From an uncultured delta proteobacterium (GTDB taxonomy: Bacteria > Myxococcota > Myxococcia > SLRQ01), in assembly GCA_963727485.1 (NCBI GenBank), contig CAVSGM010000003.1, positions 608,001 to 672,000 of the forward strand: a stretch of 64,000 nucleotides of DNA, in the 5' to 3' direction. The translations under genes and the position numbers were made by a program. A model generated the notes under the pieces. The model ran no database searches, was not told the DNA's origin, and saw only the letters and a program-made list of their open reading frames with translations. Shown piece after piece: positions 10,335 through 20,246 of this stretch (the stretch's first letter is position 1; the number at the start of each line of letters is the position of its first letter).

Positions 10335-11594
10335 ATGTCCCGCCGAGCCGCTTCCGTCCTCCTGGTCCTCCTCCTCGCCGCCGCCGGCTGCGACGCCCCC
10401 AAGGTGATCTCCCGGCAGGCGCCCAAGGACGACAACCTCATCGACACCGGCGCCGCGCCGCAGGTGCCCTCGGGCAACGCCGACCTCCTCCAGAAGGTCG
10501 ACGCCATGAAGGCCCGGCTGGCCAAGATGCACAAGCCGGTGGCGATCCTCCTGGCGCTGGGGAACCTCTACTACGACAACGACCGGTGGCCCGACGCCAT
10601 CGACGCCTACCGCCAGGCCATCGAGAAGGCCGAGCCGGCGATCAAGGCGCGGGAGGCCCTGGTGGCCCGGAAGGTGCGGCCGGCGAAGACCCCGCCGGAC
10701 GCCTGCACCGGCCGGGACGACGGCGACTTCACCAAGGGCGTGGCCGAGGCCGAGGCCCTGGCGAAGCGCGGACGCCGCGGCGAGGCGCTCGCCTGCTACG
10801 ACGCGACCCTCAATCCCATCGCCACCGCGCTCGCCCGGCGCGGGGCGGCGTGGTCCATGCTCGACCGGGAGTCCGCCGCCCAGGCCGATCTCGACCAGGC
10901 GCTCAAGCTCCAGCCCCGGCGCCCGGAGATCCTCTACCTCCTGGGGGCGGTGATCTTCCAGAACCTGGGGGCCCAGCCCGACCCGGCGCAGGTGAAGGCC
11001 GGGCAGAAGGCGTGGGAGCAGTTCCTGAAGGTGGCGCCCAGCAACCCCCGGGCGCCCCAGGTGCGCCAGGCCCTGGCACAGGTCAAGCAGATGCTCGCCC
11101 AGCAGTCCGGGGCGGCGCAGCCGGCGGCCGCGGCCCCGGCGGCCGGCGGTGCGCCCGCAGGTGGCGGTGCGCCCATGGCCGGTGGCGGGGCCCCGCCCAT
11201 GGCGGGCGGCGGCGCACCCATGGCGGGCGGCGGGGGCGGCGGGATGCCCCCGGTCCTCGCCATGGCCGAGCAGCAGCTCGACAGCGGCAACGCCCAGGCG
11301 GCGCTGGGCATCTGCAACCAGTTCCTCCAGGTGGCCACCGGCTTCCCGGCGGCCCTGGTGATGAAGGCCCGGGCGCTGATGGCGCTGGGCCGCGGCACCG
11401 AGGCGGGCCCGCTCCTCGACCAGGCGCTGCAGAAGGACCAGAGCGGCCGGACGCTGGCGGCCATGGCCGAGTACCAGGCCACGGTGAACAAGGACGTGGC
11501 CAAGGCCCGTGCCGACTACCAGAAGGCCATCGCCGCCGACCCGGCCTACGCCAAGCAGGCGGGGCTGAAGAAGAAGCTCGCGGCGCTGAAGTAG
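10335..11594 (+). CDS. TPR-repeat lipoprotein
   Basis: Lipobox AAGC. TPR-like helices (LGNLYYDNDRWPDAIDAYRQA; ARADYQKAIAADPAY). Gly/Ala/Pro/Met linker. Confidence 0.75.
   Translation: MSRRAASVLLVLLLAAAGCDAPKVISRQAPKDDNLIDTGAAPQVPSGNADLLQKVDAMKARLAKMHKPVAILLALGNLYYDNDRWPDAIDAYRQAIEKAEPAIKAREALVARKVRPAKTPPDACTGRDDGDFTKGVAEAEALAKRGRRGEALACYDATLNPIATALARRGAAWSMLDRESAAQADLDQALKLQPRRPEILYLLGAVIFQNLGAQPDPAQVKAGQKAWEQFLKVAPSNPRAPQVRQALAQVKQMLAQQSGAAQPAAAAPAAGGAPAGGGAPMAGGGAPPMAGGGAPMAGGGGGGMPPVLAMAEQQLDSGNAQAALGICNQFLQVATGFPAALVMKARALMALGRGTEAGPLLDQALQKDQSGRTLAAMAEYQATVNKDVAKARADYQKAIAADPAYAKQAGLKKKLAALK
11140..11250 (+). repeat. Low-complexity coding repeat (AGGGAP[P]M)n in the TPR protein linker
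   Basis: AGGAPAGGGAPMAGGGAPPMAGGGAPMAGGGGGGM, with degenerate tandem DNA units. Confidence 0.8.
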
Positions 11595-11602
11595 GCCCCG
11601 GC

Positions 11603-12607
11603 CTAGAGCACCTTGGCCGCGAGCAGGTCCTGGACGTCCAGGAGCCCCACCAGCTTGCCCCGGGCGTCGACCACCGGGAGCTGGTCGATCTTCGCCTCGC
11701 CGAGGAGCTCGGCGGCCTCGGACACCAGGTCGTCCGGCGACACGGTCCGCGGCCGGTGGCCCATGACCTCGGCCACGGGCTGGTCGAAGTCCGGGGTGCC
11801 GTGCTCCACCAGCCGGCGCAGGTCGCCGTCGGTGAAGATGCCCACGAGCTTGCCATGGCCGTCGACGACGCTGGTGGCGCCGGGGCGGCCCGGGGTCCGG
11901 GTCATCACCGCCACCGCCTCGCGCACCGGGGCGTCCCGGCGGACCACCGGGGAGGCGTCGCCCACGCGCATCACCTCCGAGACCTTCATCAGCTTGCGGC
12001 CCAGCGACCCGCCGGGGTGGAGCCGGGCGTAGGCCTCGGGGGTGAAGTCGCGGGCCTTGCTCACCGCCATGGCCACCGCGTCGCCGAGGGCGAGCAACGC
12101 GATGGACGAGGCGGTGGGCGCGAGCCCCATGGGGCAGGCCTCCGCGACCGGGCCGATGGAGAGGACCTCGTCGGCGAGGGTCGCCAGGGTCGAGGCCGGG
12201 GCGCCGGTCAGCGCCACCACCGAGGCGCCGAAGGTCTTCACCGCCTCGACCAGGCGGACCACCTCGTCGGTCTCGCCCGAGTGGGAGAGCGCCAGGACCA
12301 GGTCCTCGGCCAGCACCCGGCCGAGGTCGCCGTGGAGGGCCTCGGCGGGGTGGAGGTAGAGGGACGGGGTGCCGGTGGAGGCGAGGGTGGCCGAGAGCTT
12401 CTGGGCCACGAACCCGGGCTTCCCGAGGCCCGTGACCACCACCCGGCCCCGGCAGTCGAGGAGGCGCGCCACCGTGCGGGAGAAGGCGCCGTCGAGGTGG
12501 GCGGCGATCCCGGCGACCGCGGCGGCCTCGGCCTCGAGGACCGTGCGGGCGTAGTCCAGGTGGGGATCGGCCGGCGGTTGGCGCCGGGGTTTCTTGGCGG
12601 TGGCCAC
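11603..12607 (-). CDS. kdsD: Arabinose-5-phosphate isomerase KdsD/GutQ (SIS + CBS pair)
   Basis: VVVTGLGK, TLASTGTP, HPAEALHGDLG, LAPTASS and HPGGSLG, then CBS domains. Start inferred at GTG 12607 after a GGAGG RBS. Confidence 0.92.
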   Translation of the reverse strand: MATAKKPRRQPPADPHLDYARTVLEAEAAAVAGIAAHLDGAFSRTVARLLDCRGRVVVTGLGKPGFVAQKLSATLASTGTPSLYLHPAEALHGDLGRVLAEDLVLALSHSGETDEVVRLVEAVKTFGASVVALTGAPASTLATLADEVLSIGPVAEACPMGLAPTASSIALLALGDAVAMAVSKARDFTPEAYARLHPGGSLGRKLMKVSEVMRVGDASPVVRRDAPVREAVAVMTRTPGRPGATSVVDGHGKLVGIFTDGDLRRLVEHGTPDFDQPVAEVMGHRPRTVSPDDLVSEAAELLGEAKIDQLPVVDARGKLVGLLDVQDLLAAKVL

Positions 12608-12731
12608 GGCCCCTCCATACCACCAAACCCCCTGGATCCCCACGGCGTGCGGGCCCCCGGATTGACCCCGGGCCCCCGGGCCCGCTACATGAGCGGGGCC
12701 CCGCCAACCCCCGCTGCAGGAGACACGACCC

Positions 12732-13380
12732 ATGAAGCTGTTCATCGACACCGCCGACGTCGAGGAGATCCGCTCGGCCAACGACATGGGCCTCCTCGAC
12801 GGAGTGACCACCAACCCCACCCTCATCGCCCGGACCGGCCGGCCCTTCGAGGAGGTCATCCAGGAGATCTGCGGCATCGTCAACGGCCCGGTCTCCGCCG
12901 AGTGCCTCTCCACCGAGGCGGACGCCATGATCGCCGAGGGCCGCAAGGTCGCGAAGCTCGCCGACAACGTGGTGGTGAAGATCCCGCTGACCATGGACGG
13001 CCTCAAGGCCACCAAGGCCCTGTCCACCGATGGCATCAAGGTCAACGTGACCCTGTGCTTCCACCCGGTGCAGGCGCTCATGGCCGCCAAGGCCGGCGCC
13101 ACGTTCATCTCGCCCTTCGTGGGCCGCCTCGACGACATCGCCACCGACGGGATGGCCATGGTCGCCGACATCGTGAGCATCTACGACAACTACCTCTTCG
13201 ACACCGAGGTCCTCGTCGCCAGCGTCCGCCACCCCATGCACGTCCTCGACGCGGCGCGGATGGGCGCCCACGTGGCCACGGTGCCCTACAAGGTGATCTG
13301 CGCAGCTGGTGAAGCACCCGCTCACCGACATCGGCCTCGAGCGCTTCCTCGCCGACGCACGGAAGGCCCAGGGCAAGTAG
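12732..13380 (+). CDS. tal: Transaldolase / fructose-6-phosphate aldolase family (apparent frameshift near 13299)
   Basis: [26 protein letters not shown] and SPFVGRLDD. The conserved tail [18 protein letters not shown] continues in another frame to TAG 13378-13380. Confidence 0.92.
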
Positions 13381-13384
13381 GGCG

Positions 13385-14811
13385 TCAGGGCGTCTTGGCC
13401 TCGGGACCGCCCTCGCCGGCGGGCCCGAGGACCGCGAAGTAGTAGAGCTCGAAGAGCGGGTCGTCGCTCGGCCGGTAGTGGTTGGACCGGGCCACCGTCT
13501 CCACCGCCAGGCCGTGGCCCGCGAAGAGGGCCCCGGGGTCCCCGTGGCCGAAGACGAAGGGCTCGCCCATCTTCGCCATGCCCTCCACGAAGGACCGCGC
13601 CGCCTCGGGGGCGTCCCGGCCCACGACCTCGGGGGTGACGAGGTCGAGCCACAGGCGGCTCGCGGGGTGCCGGCGGACCAGGCGGGCGAGGCGCCCGAAG
13701 ATGTCGTGGGCCCGCGGCGCCTCGAAGTACATGGAGCACCCCTCGTAGACCACGAAGACCGGGGCGGCGGGGTCGAAGCCCCCGGTGCCCGCGAGGACCT
13801 CGGCGGGATCGTCGAAGTCGAGGTTCAGGGGCACCGCCATCCGGTCGCAGGCCGGCAGCGCGTGGCCCGCCAGGACCCGGGCGCGCTCCTCGAGCATCTC
13901 CGGGAGGTCGAGCTCGAACCACCTCACCCCGGCGCGGTCGGCGAAGCGGAACGGCCGGAAGTCGAGGCCCGCACCGACCAGCACCACCTGGGTGACGCCG
14001 GCGTCGAGGGCCGCGGCCAGCGACGCGTCGGCGTGGGCGGTGCGCGCCTCGACCATGGGGGCCAGGGGCGGGAGCACCTCCAGGAAGCGGTCGCCGAGGA
14101 GCTCGCCGTGGCGCCCGGCGGCGGCCCGGGACCAGGGGTCGTCGTAGAGGCGGTCCGGCCGCCCGGCCTCGCGCCCCCGCACGTGGGCGATGAGCCGCGC
14201 CGAGCTCTTGAGGAGGTGGCGGTACATGGTGCTCCCGCGCTTCTCCGGGGCGCTCGGGCGCAGGCTCGCCGCGTGCTTGAAGTAGTAGGTGAGCCGCCCG
14301 ACGGCGACCGGGGTGCCCGACCTATCCCCTGGAAGCGCACCTCCAGGGGGACGAGCTGGGTCTCGCCGGCCCAGAACCGGTCGCGGATCCCGGCGCGCGC
14401 CTCCTCGGGGACCACGCACACCGCCTCCAGGTCCTCGCAGCTCGGCTCCAGGTACTTGAGCTCCGCGCTCACCAGCCACAGGAGGATCGCCTCTGTGCCG
14501 AAGACCGGGTGGATGCCCACCACCGGCACCCCGCGCACCAGGCTCGCCAGCGCGCTGCCCCCGATGTAGTCCCCGAGCATCCCCACCAGGAGGGCCTGGT
14601 GGGTGCCGTGCTGGTTGGTGTTCTCCCGGGTGAGGGGGAGCACGCCCCGGCAGCCCCCGTCGGTGACCTCGGTGAGGTGGATGCCCGAGCGGGCCACCGC
14701 GGGGATGGCCTCGGCGAGGAGCTCGGAGACCAGCTCCGGGGCCATGCGCTGGGCGAGGTCGTCGGCGAAGGGCAGGGCCTCGGAGGCGGCGCGCCCGGTA
14801 TCGTGTCCCAT
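13385..14811 (-). CDS. Hotdog-fold (thioesterase-like) domain fused to an LCM/Rv-type SAM-dependent methyltransferase (apparent homopolymer frameshift near 14326)
   Basis: N-terminal half: [16 protein letters not shown]...AELKYLEP. C-terminal half: ART...[30 protein letters not shown]. One extra G in a G4 run joins the two frames. Confidence 0.7.
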
Positions 14812-14929
14812 GTGGGTCCCCCTGGTGATCGTGGCGTGGGTGCCCGGGTGCACCGGGTCCAGGGGAGCGTGCCAGGGGCCCCGGGCGCCGGCAATCCCCG
14901 GCCCTGGGTGCGGGTCGGCCCCGATCCCC

Positions 14930-14973
14930 TTGACAGAAATCGCCCGGGGCGCGACTGAATGGGCGCTCATTCG
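14930..14973 (+). promoter_or_regulatory. TTGACA -35 box plus near-palindromic TetR operator TGAATGGGCGCTCATTCG
   Basis: TTGACA at 14930-14935. GAATG-GGCGCT-CATTC inverted repeat at 14957-14972, just upstream of the TetR ORF. Confidence 0.6.
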
Positions 14974-14975
14974 TT

Positions 14976-15695
14976 ATGGCCCACCGCGTCACAACGCCCC
15001 TCGAGGGCCCCCGGGACGACGCCGACGCGTCGCCGGCGCGCACCGACGCCCCGGTCGCCGCCCCCGCCCCCGAGCCCGCCGCCGATCGCCGCAAGGGCGA
15101 CAAGGGCCGGCGCATCCTCGACGCCGCCATCGACGTCTTCGCCGAGAAGGGCTTCTTCAACGCCACCGTGGCCGAGGTCGCCCGCCGCGCCGGCGTCGCC
15201 GACGGCACCATCTACCTCTACTACAAGGGCAAGGACGATCTCCTCATCCGCCTCTTCGAGGAGATCATGGCCAACATCAACGGCACCTTGCGCCGGGCCA
15301 TCGCCGGCACCGAGGGCGCCGCCGATCGCCTCCGGGCCGTGGCCGCCGCCCAGGCCGAGCTGGTCATCGAGACCCCGGCCATCGCCGAGGTCATCTGCGT
15401 CGAGCTCCGCCAGTCGTCGAAGTTCGTGAAGGAGTACGACAACCCCGGGTTCCGCGAGTACCTGGGGATCCTCGCCGAGGTCATCGCCGAGGGGCAGGCG
15501 GCGGGCGAGCTCGCCGACGGGCCCGCGGCCCAGGTCGCCGCCCGGTCGTTCTTCGGCGCCCTCGACGAGCTTCACCTCTCCTGGTGCCTAGCCAGGAAAC
15601 ACCATTTTGACCTGAGGCAGGCCTCCCGGGAGATCACCGAGATCTTCGTCCGGGGCCTGCTCACGAACCCCCCACCGCAGAGGAGCACCGAATGA
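14976..15695 (+). CDS. TetR/AcrR family regulator, FadR(YsiA)-like
   Basis: [56 protein letters not shown] and FFGALDE motifs. Heads an acyl-CoA dehydrogenase/ETF operon. Confidence 0.9.
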   Translation: MAHRVTTPLEGPRDDADASPARTDAPVAAPAPEPAADRRKGDKGRRILDAAIDVFAEKGFFNATVAEVARRAGVADGTIYLYYKGKDDLLIRLFEEIMANINGTLRRAIAGTEGAADRLRAVAAAQAELVIETPAIAEVICVELRQSSKFVKEYDNPGFREYLGILAEVIAEGQAAGELADGPAAQVAARSFFGALDELHLSWCLARKHHFDLRQASREITEIFVRGLLTNPPPQRSTE

Positions 15696-16846
15696 TCGAC
15701 TTCGAGATCACCGAGGAGCAGAAGGCGCTGCAGGACACCGCGCGCCGCTTCGCCCAGAACGAGATCATCCCCGTCGCCGCCGCCCACGACGAGTCCGGCG
15801 AGTTCCCGGTGGAGGTCTACAAGAAGGCCCACGAGGTGGGCCTGATGAACCTGTGCATCCCCGAGGCCAACGGGGGCCTCGGCGCCAGCTTCCTCGACAC
15901 CTACCTGGTGGTCGAGGAGATCGCCTACGGCTGCGTGGGCATGGGCACCTCGATGATGGCCAACGAGCTGGCCCTGATGCCCATCGTCCTCGACGGCACC
16001 GAGGAGCAGAAGAAGCGCTTCCTCGAGCCGATGACCGAGCGCCTGAAGTTCGCCGCCTTCGGGCTCTCCGAGCCCAACGCCGGCTCCGACGTCGCCGGGC
16101 TCCAGACCACCGTGAAGCGCGAGGGCGACTACTACATCGTCAACGGCGCCAAGCAGTGGATCACCAACGCCGGCCACGCCGAGCTGTTCACCGTGTTCAC
16201 CACCCTGGAGCGGGGCAAGACCCACAAGGCCGGCGTGGCCCTGGTCATCGAGGCCCCGGACGGCAAGCTCCCCGAGGGCATGACCGTCCTCAAGAAGGAG
16301 AACAAGATGGGCCAGCGGGCCAGCGACACCCGCGCCATCACCTTCGACAACGTGAAGGTCCCGGTGCAAAACCGCCTCGGCGAGGAGGGCCAGGGCTTCA
16401 TGGTCGCCATGCGCACCCTGGACCACACCCGGCCCATGATCAGCGCCAGCGCCGTGGGCGTGAGCCGCCGGGCCCTCGACGAGTCGGTGGCCTACGCCAA
16501 GGACAGAAAGCAGTTCGGCCAGCCCATCGCCAACTTCCAGGGCATCCAGTTCATGCTCGCCGACATGGCCAAGGCCACCCACGCCTCGCGGCTGCTGGGC
16601 TACCAGTCGGCCTGGGCCCTCGACAAGAAGAAGCCCTCGCCGCTGGTCAGCTCGTTCGCCAAGTGCTTCGGCGCCGACACCGCCATGGAGGTCACCACCA
16701 ACGCGGTGCAGATCTTCGGCGGCTACGGCTACACCAAGGACTACCCGGTGGAGAAGCTGATGCGCGACGCCAAGCTCCTGCAGATCTACGAAGGCACCAA
16801 CCAGATCCAGCGGGTGGTCATCGCCCGCGAGCTGCTCCGCGACTGA
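15692..16846 (+). CDS. Acyl-CoA dehydrogenase
   Basis: [30 protein letters not shown] and [22 protein letters not shown]...[10 protein letters not shown]. Confidence 0.96.
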   Translation: MIDFEITEEQKALQDTARRFAQNEIIPVAAAHDESGEFPVEVYKKAHEVGLMNLCIPEANGGLGASFLDTYLVVEEIAYGCVGMGTSMMANELALMPIVLDGTEEQKKRFLEPMTERLKFAAFGLSEPNAGSDVAGLQTTVKREGDYYIVNGAKQWITNAGHAELFTVFTTLERGKTHKAGVALVIEAPDGKLPEGMTVLKKENKMGQRASDTRAITFDNVKVPVQNRLGEEGQGFMVAMRTLDHTRPMISASAVGVSRRALDESVAYAKDRKQFGQPIANFQGIQFMLADMAKATHASRLLGYQSAWALDKKKPSPLVSSFAKCFGADTAMEVTTNAVQIFGGYGYTKDYPVEKLMRDAKLLQIYEGTNQIQRVVIARELLRD

Positions 16847-16888
16847 CGCGGACGGCATTTCCCCAACTGCAACGAAAGGTAGACGGTC

Positions 16889-17680
16889 GTGAAGATCCTG
16901 GTGACCGTGAAGCGGGTCGAAGACCCGGAGTCCAAGATCAAGGTGAAGCCCGACGGCTCGGGCATCGTCACCGAGGGCGTCAACTACAAGGTGAACCCCT
17001 TCGACGAGATTGCCGTCGAGGAGGCCCTGCGGCTGCGCGACGCGCACCAGGGCGAGGTGATCGTGGTGTCCGTGGGCACCGACGCCTCGACCACCGAGAT
17101 CCGCTCGGCGCTCGCGATGGGCGCCGACCGCGGGGTGCTGGTGAAGACCGAGGGCATGGTCGACTCCGACGCCGCCGCCCGGCTCATCGTCAAGGTCATC
17201 GAGTCCGAGAGCCCGGACCTGGTGATCATGGGCAAGCAGGCCGTCGACGACGACCAGGGCCAGGCGGGCCAGCTCGTCGCCGAGTACCTCGGCTGGGGCC
17301 AGGCCACCCAGGCCTCCAAGCGCGCCAGCCTCGAGTCCGACGACGAGAAGGGCAAGGTCCCGGCGCTGGTCTTCGAGGACGGCAAGCTCACCGTGACCCG
17401 TGAGGTCGACGGCGGCCTCGAGGACCTCAAGGTCACCCTCCCCGGGCTGGTCACCGCCGACCTGCGCCTCAACCTCCCCCGCTACGCCTCCCTGCCCGGG
17501 ATCATGAAGGCGAAGAAGAAGGAGGTGAAGGAGGTCACCCCCGCGGACCTCGGCGTCGACGTGGCCCCCAAGGTCAAGGTCGTCACCATGAAGCCGCCTC
17601 CGGTGCGCCAGGGCGGTGAGATCGTCCCCGACGTCCAGACCCTCGTCACCAAGCTTCGGACCGAGGCCAAGGTCCTCTAG
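16889..17680 (+). CDS. etfB: Electron transfer flavoprotein beta subunit
   Basis: [31 protein letters not shown] and [14 protein letters not shown]. Confidence 0.96.
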   Translation: MKILVTVKRVEDPESKIKVKPDGSGIVTEGVNYKVNPFDEIAVEEALRLRDAHQGEVIVVSVGTDASTTEIRSALAMGADRGVLVKTEGMVDSDAAARLIVKVIESESPDLVIMGKQAVDDDQGQAGQLVAEYLGWGQATQASKRASLESDDEKGKVPALVFEDGKLTVTREVDGGLEDLKVTLPGLVTADLRLNLPRYASLPGIMKAKKKEVKEVTPADLGVDVAPKVKVVTMKPPPVRQGGEIVPDVQTLVTKLRTEAKVL

Positions 17681-17689
17681 GAGATCGTC

Positions 17690-18649
<960 letters not shown>

Positions 18650-18655
18650 CCGGAG

Positions 18656-19753
18656 ATGAACGCGTCACCGCTCGAGGTGAACGCCGGGGGCAAGACGAGC
18701 CCCGAGGAGGCCCAGGCGCAGATGCGGCGTCTGGGCCTTCGGCGCATCGTGGTGCCCATCCCCTTCGAGGAGGAGGGGCCGGTCAACGTCTTCGTCCTGG
18801 AGAACGGGCCGGAGCTCGGCGGGGTCACCCTCTTCGACACCGGGGTGCTCACCCCCGAGGGCCAGGCGGCCCTGGACGGAGGGCTCACCGCGCTGGGGCT
18901 CGAGGCCCGGGACGTGCGCCGGGTGGTGGTCTCCCACGGCCACCTGGATCACCTGGGCAATGCCCACCGCTTCCCCGAGGCGACCCTCCACGTCCACCCC
19001 GGGGACCGGGCGAAGCTCGTCCCCGATCCGGCGGCGGTCGCCGGGCTCGATCGGCGGTGGCGGGGCCTCTACCGGGCGCTGGGGCTCTCGGACGGTGCCA
19101 TCGACGGGCTGGAGCGCCGGCGCCGGTGGCTTGAGACCATGCAGGTGGCGCCCCCGGCCGACCGGGTGCGGGACCTCGCCGACGGCGAGCGCCTCGCCTT
19201 CGCCCAGGTTGAGGCCGAGGTCCTCCACGTCCCCGGTCACACCCCGGGCCTCTGCGTGCTCTGGTTCGCCGACGCCGGGGTGATGCTCACCGCCGATCAC
19301 CTCCTTCAGCACACCTCGCCCAACCCGGTGATGGAGCCGGGCCCCGGGGGACCCGGCGCCCTCGGTGGCAAGGACCGGTCGCTGGTGCGCTACCTCGAGA
19401 GCCTCGCCCGGGTCCGGGCCCTGCCCATCCGGTGGGTGGCCCCGGGGCACGGGCCGCTCTTCGAGGGCGCCGACGCCCTCATCGACCGGCTGCTGGGCTT
19501 CTACGACCGGCGCCAGGATCGGCTGGTGGACTTCCTCCGGGCCCACCCCGGGGCGAGCACCCGGGAGGTCGCCGCCGAGGTCTTCGCCCGGGCCTACGAC
19601 AAGGCCCTGTTCCTGGTGCTCTCGGAGGTGCTGGGGAACCTCGAGGTCCTCGCCGGCCTGGGGCGCATCCGGGGGGCGCTGGACGACGCCGACGTGCTGA
19701 AGATGGTGGGCCGACGTCGGGGCGCCGGGATAGGGAAAGACCCGGAGCCTTGA
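18656..19753 (+). CDS. MBL-fold metallo-hydrolase with C-terminal winged helix
   Basis: SHGHLDH, PGHTPG, DHLL and PGHG motifs. The tail may be frameshifted near 19700 (alternative end [12 protein letters not shown]). Confidence 0.88.
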   Translation: MNASPLEVNAGGKTSPEEAQAQMRRLGLRRIVVPIPFEEEGPVNVFVLENGPELGGVTLFDTGVLTPEGQAALDGGLTALGLEARDVRRVVVSHGHLDHLGNAHRFPEATLHVHPGDRAKLVPDPAAVAGLDRRWRGLYRALGLSDGAIDGLERRRRWLETMQVAPPADRVRDLADGERLAFAQVEAEVLHVPGHTPGLCVLWFADAGVMLTADHLLQHTSPNPVMEPGPGGPGALGGKDRSLVRYLESLARVRALPIRWVAPGHGPLFEGADALIDRLLGFYDRRQDRLVDFLRAHPGASTREVAAEVFARAYDKALFLVLSEVLGNLEVLAGLGRIRGALDDADVLKMVGRRRGAGIGKDPEP

Positions 19754-19778
19754 CGGCCCCCGCCGGCCGCGGTCCAAT
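19750..19778 (+). promoter_or_regulatory. Putative sigma70 promoter for the PqqD/RRE gene
   Basis: TTGACG (19750-19755), 17 nt spacer, TCCAAT (19773-19778). Confidence 0.4.
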
Positions 19779-19804
19779 CGGCGAAGACCTGGGAATTCCT
19801 GTCG

Positions 19805-20104
19805 ATGCGCGACCTCCTGAAGCTCTATCCCCGCCACCACCCCGAGTCCGCCGGCCGTGTCCTCGACGGCGAGGCGGTGGTGGTGACCCCGGCGGACAGC
19901 CGGATGCACACCCTCAACGAGGTGGGCACCTTCCTCTGGGATTGGGCGGACGGGGCGCGGAGCGTGGCCGAGCTCGCCGAGGCGGTGGAGACCCGGTTCG
20001 AGGTCGACGCCCAGACGGCCCGGAGCGACACCGCGCAGTTCGTCGCCGACCTGGAGGCCCTGGGCATCCTGGTCCTCGACGAGGCGCCGGGGAGCCCGGG
20101 GTGA
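19805..20104 (+). CDS. Stand-alone PqqD family protein (RiPP recognition element, RRE)
   Basis: 99 aa. RVLDGEAVVV..., HTLNEVGTFLWDWADGARSVAELAEAVETRFEVDAQTARSDTAQFVADLEALGIL is the classic PqqD/RRE pattern (LNxxGxxxW...DG...L). Confidence 0.92.
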   Translation: MRDLLKLYPRHHPESAGRVLDGEAVVVTPADSRMHTLNEVGTFLWDWADGARSVAELAEAVETRFEVDAQTARSDTAQFVADLEALGILVLDEAPGSPG

Positions 20105-20141
20105 CGGGGCTCACGGTGGCCGAACGCCCGGGATGGTTGTC

Positions 20142-20150
20142 TGGTAGGCT
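20142..20150 (+). promoter_or_regulatory. Putative extended -10 element (TGnTAGGCT) upstream of the giant lipoprotein
   Basis: TG-G-TAGGCT at 20142-20150, about 100 nt before ATG 20247. Confidence 0.3.
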
Positions 20151-20246
20151 GAACGCGGGGCCGGCGCCTGGGCTCGGAGGCGCACGGCTCGACCCGAGAC
20201 GGCGGACGGTTGGGGTGTCCAAGGCCGCTGGATGCACGGAGGGGCG

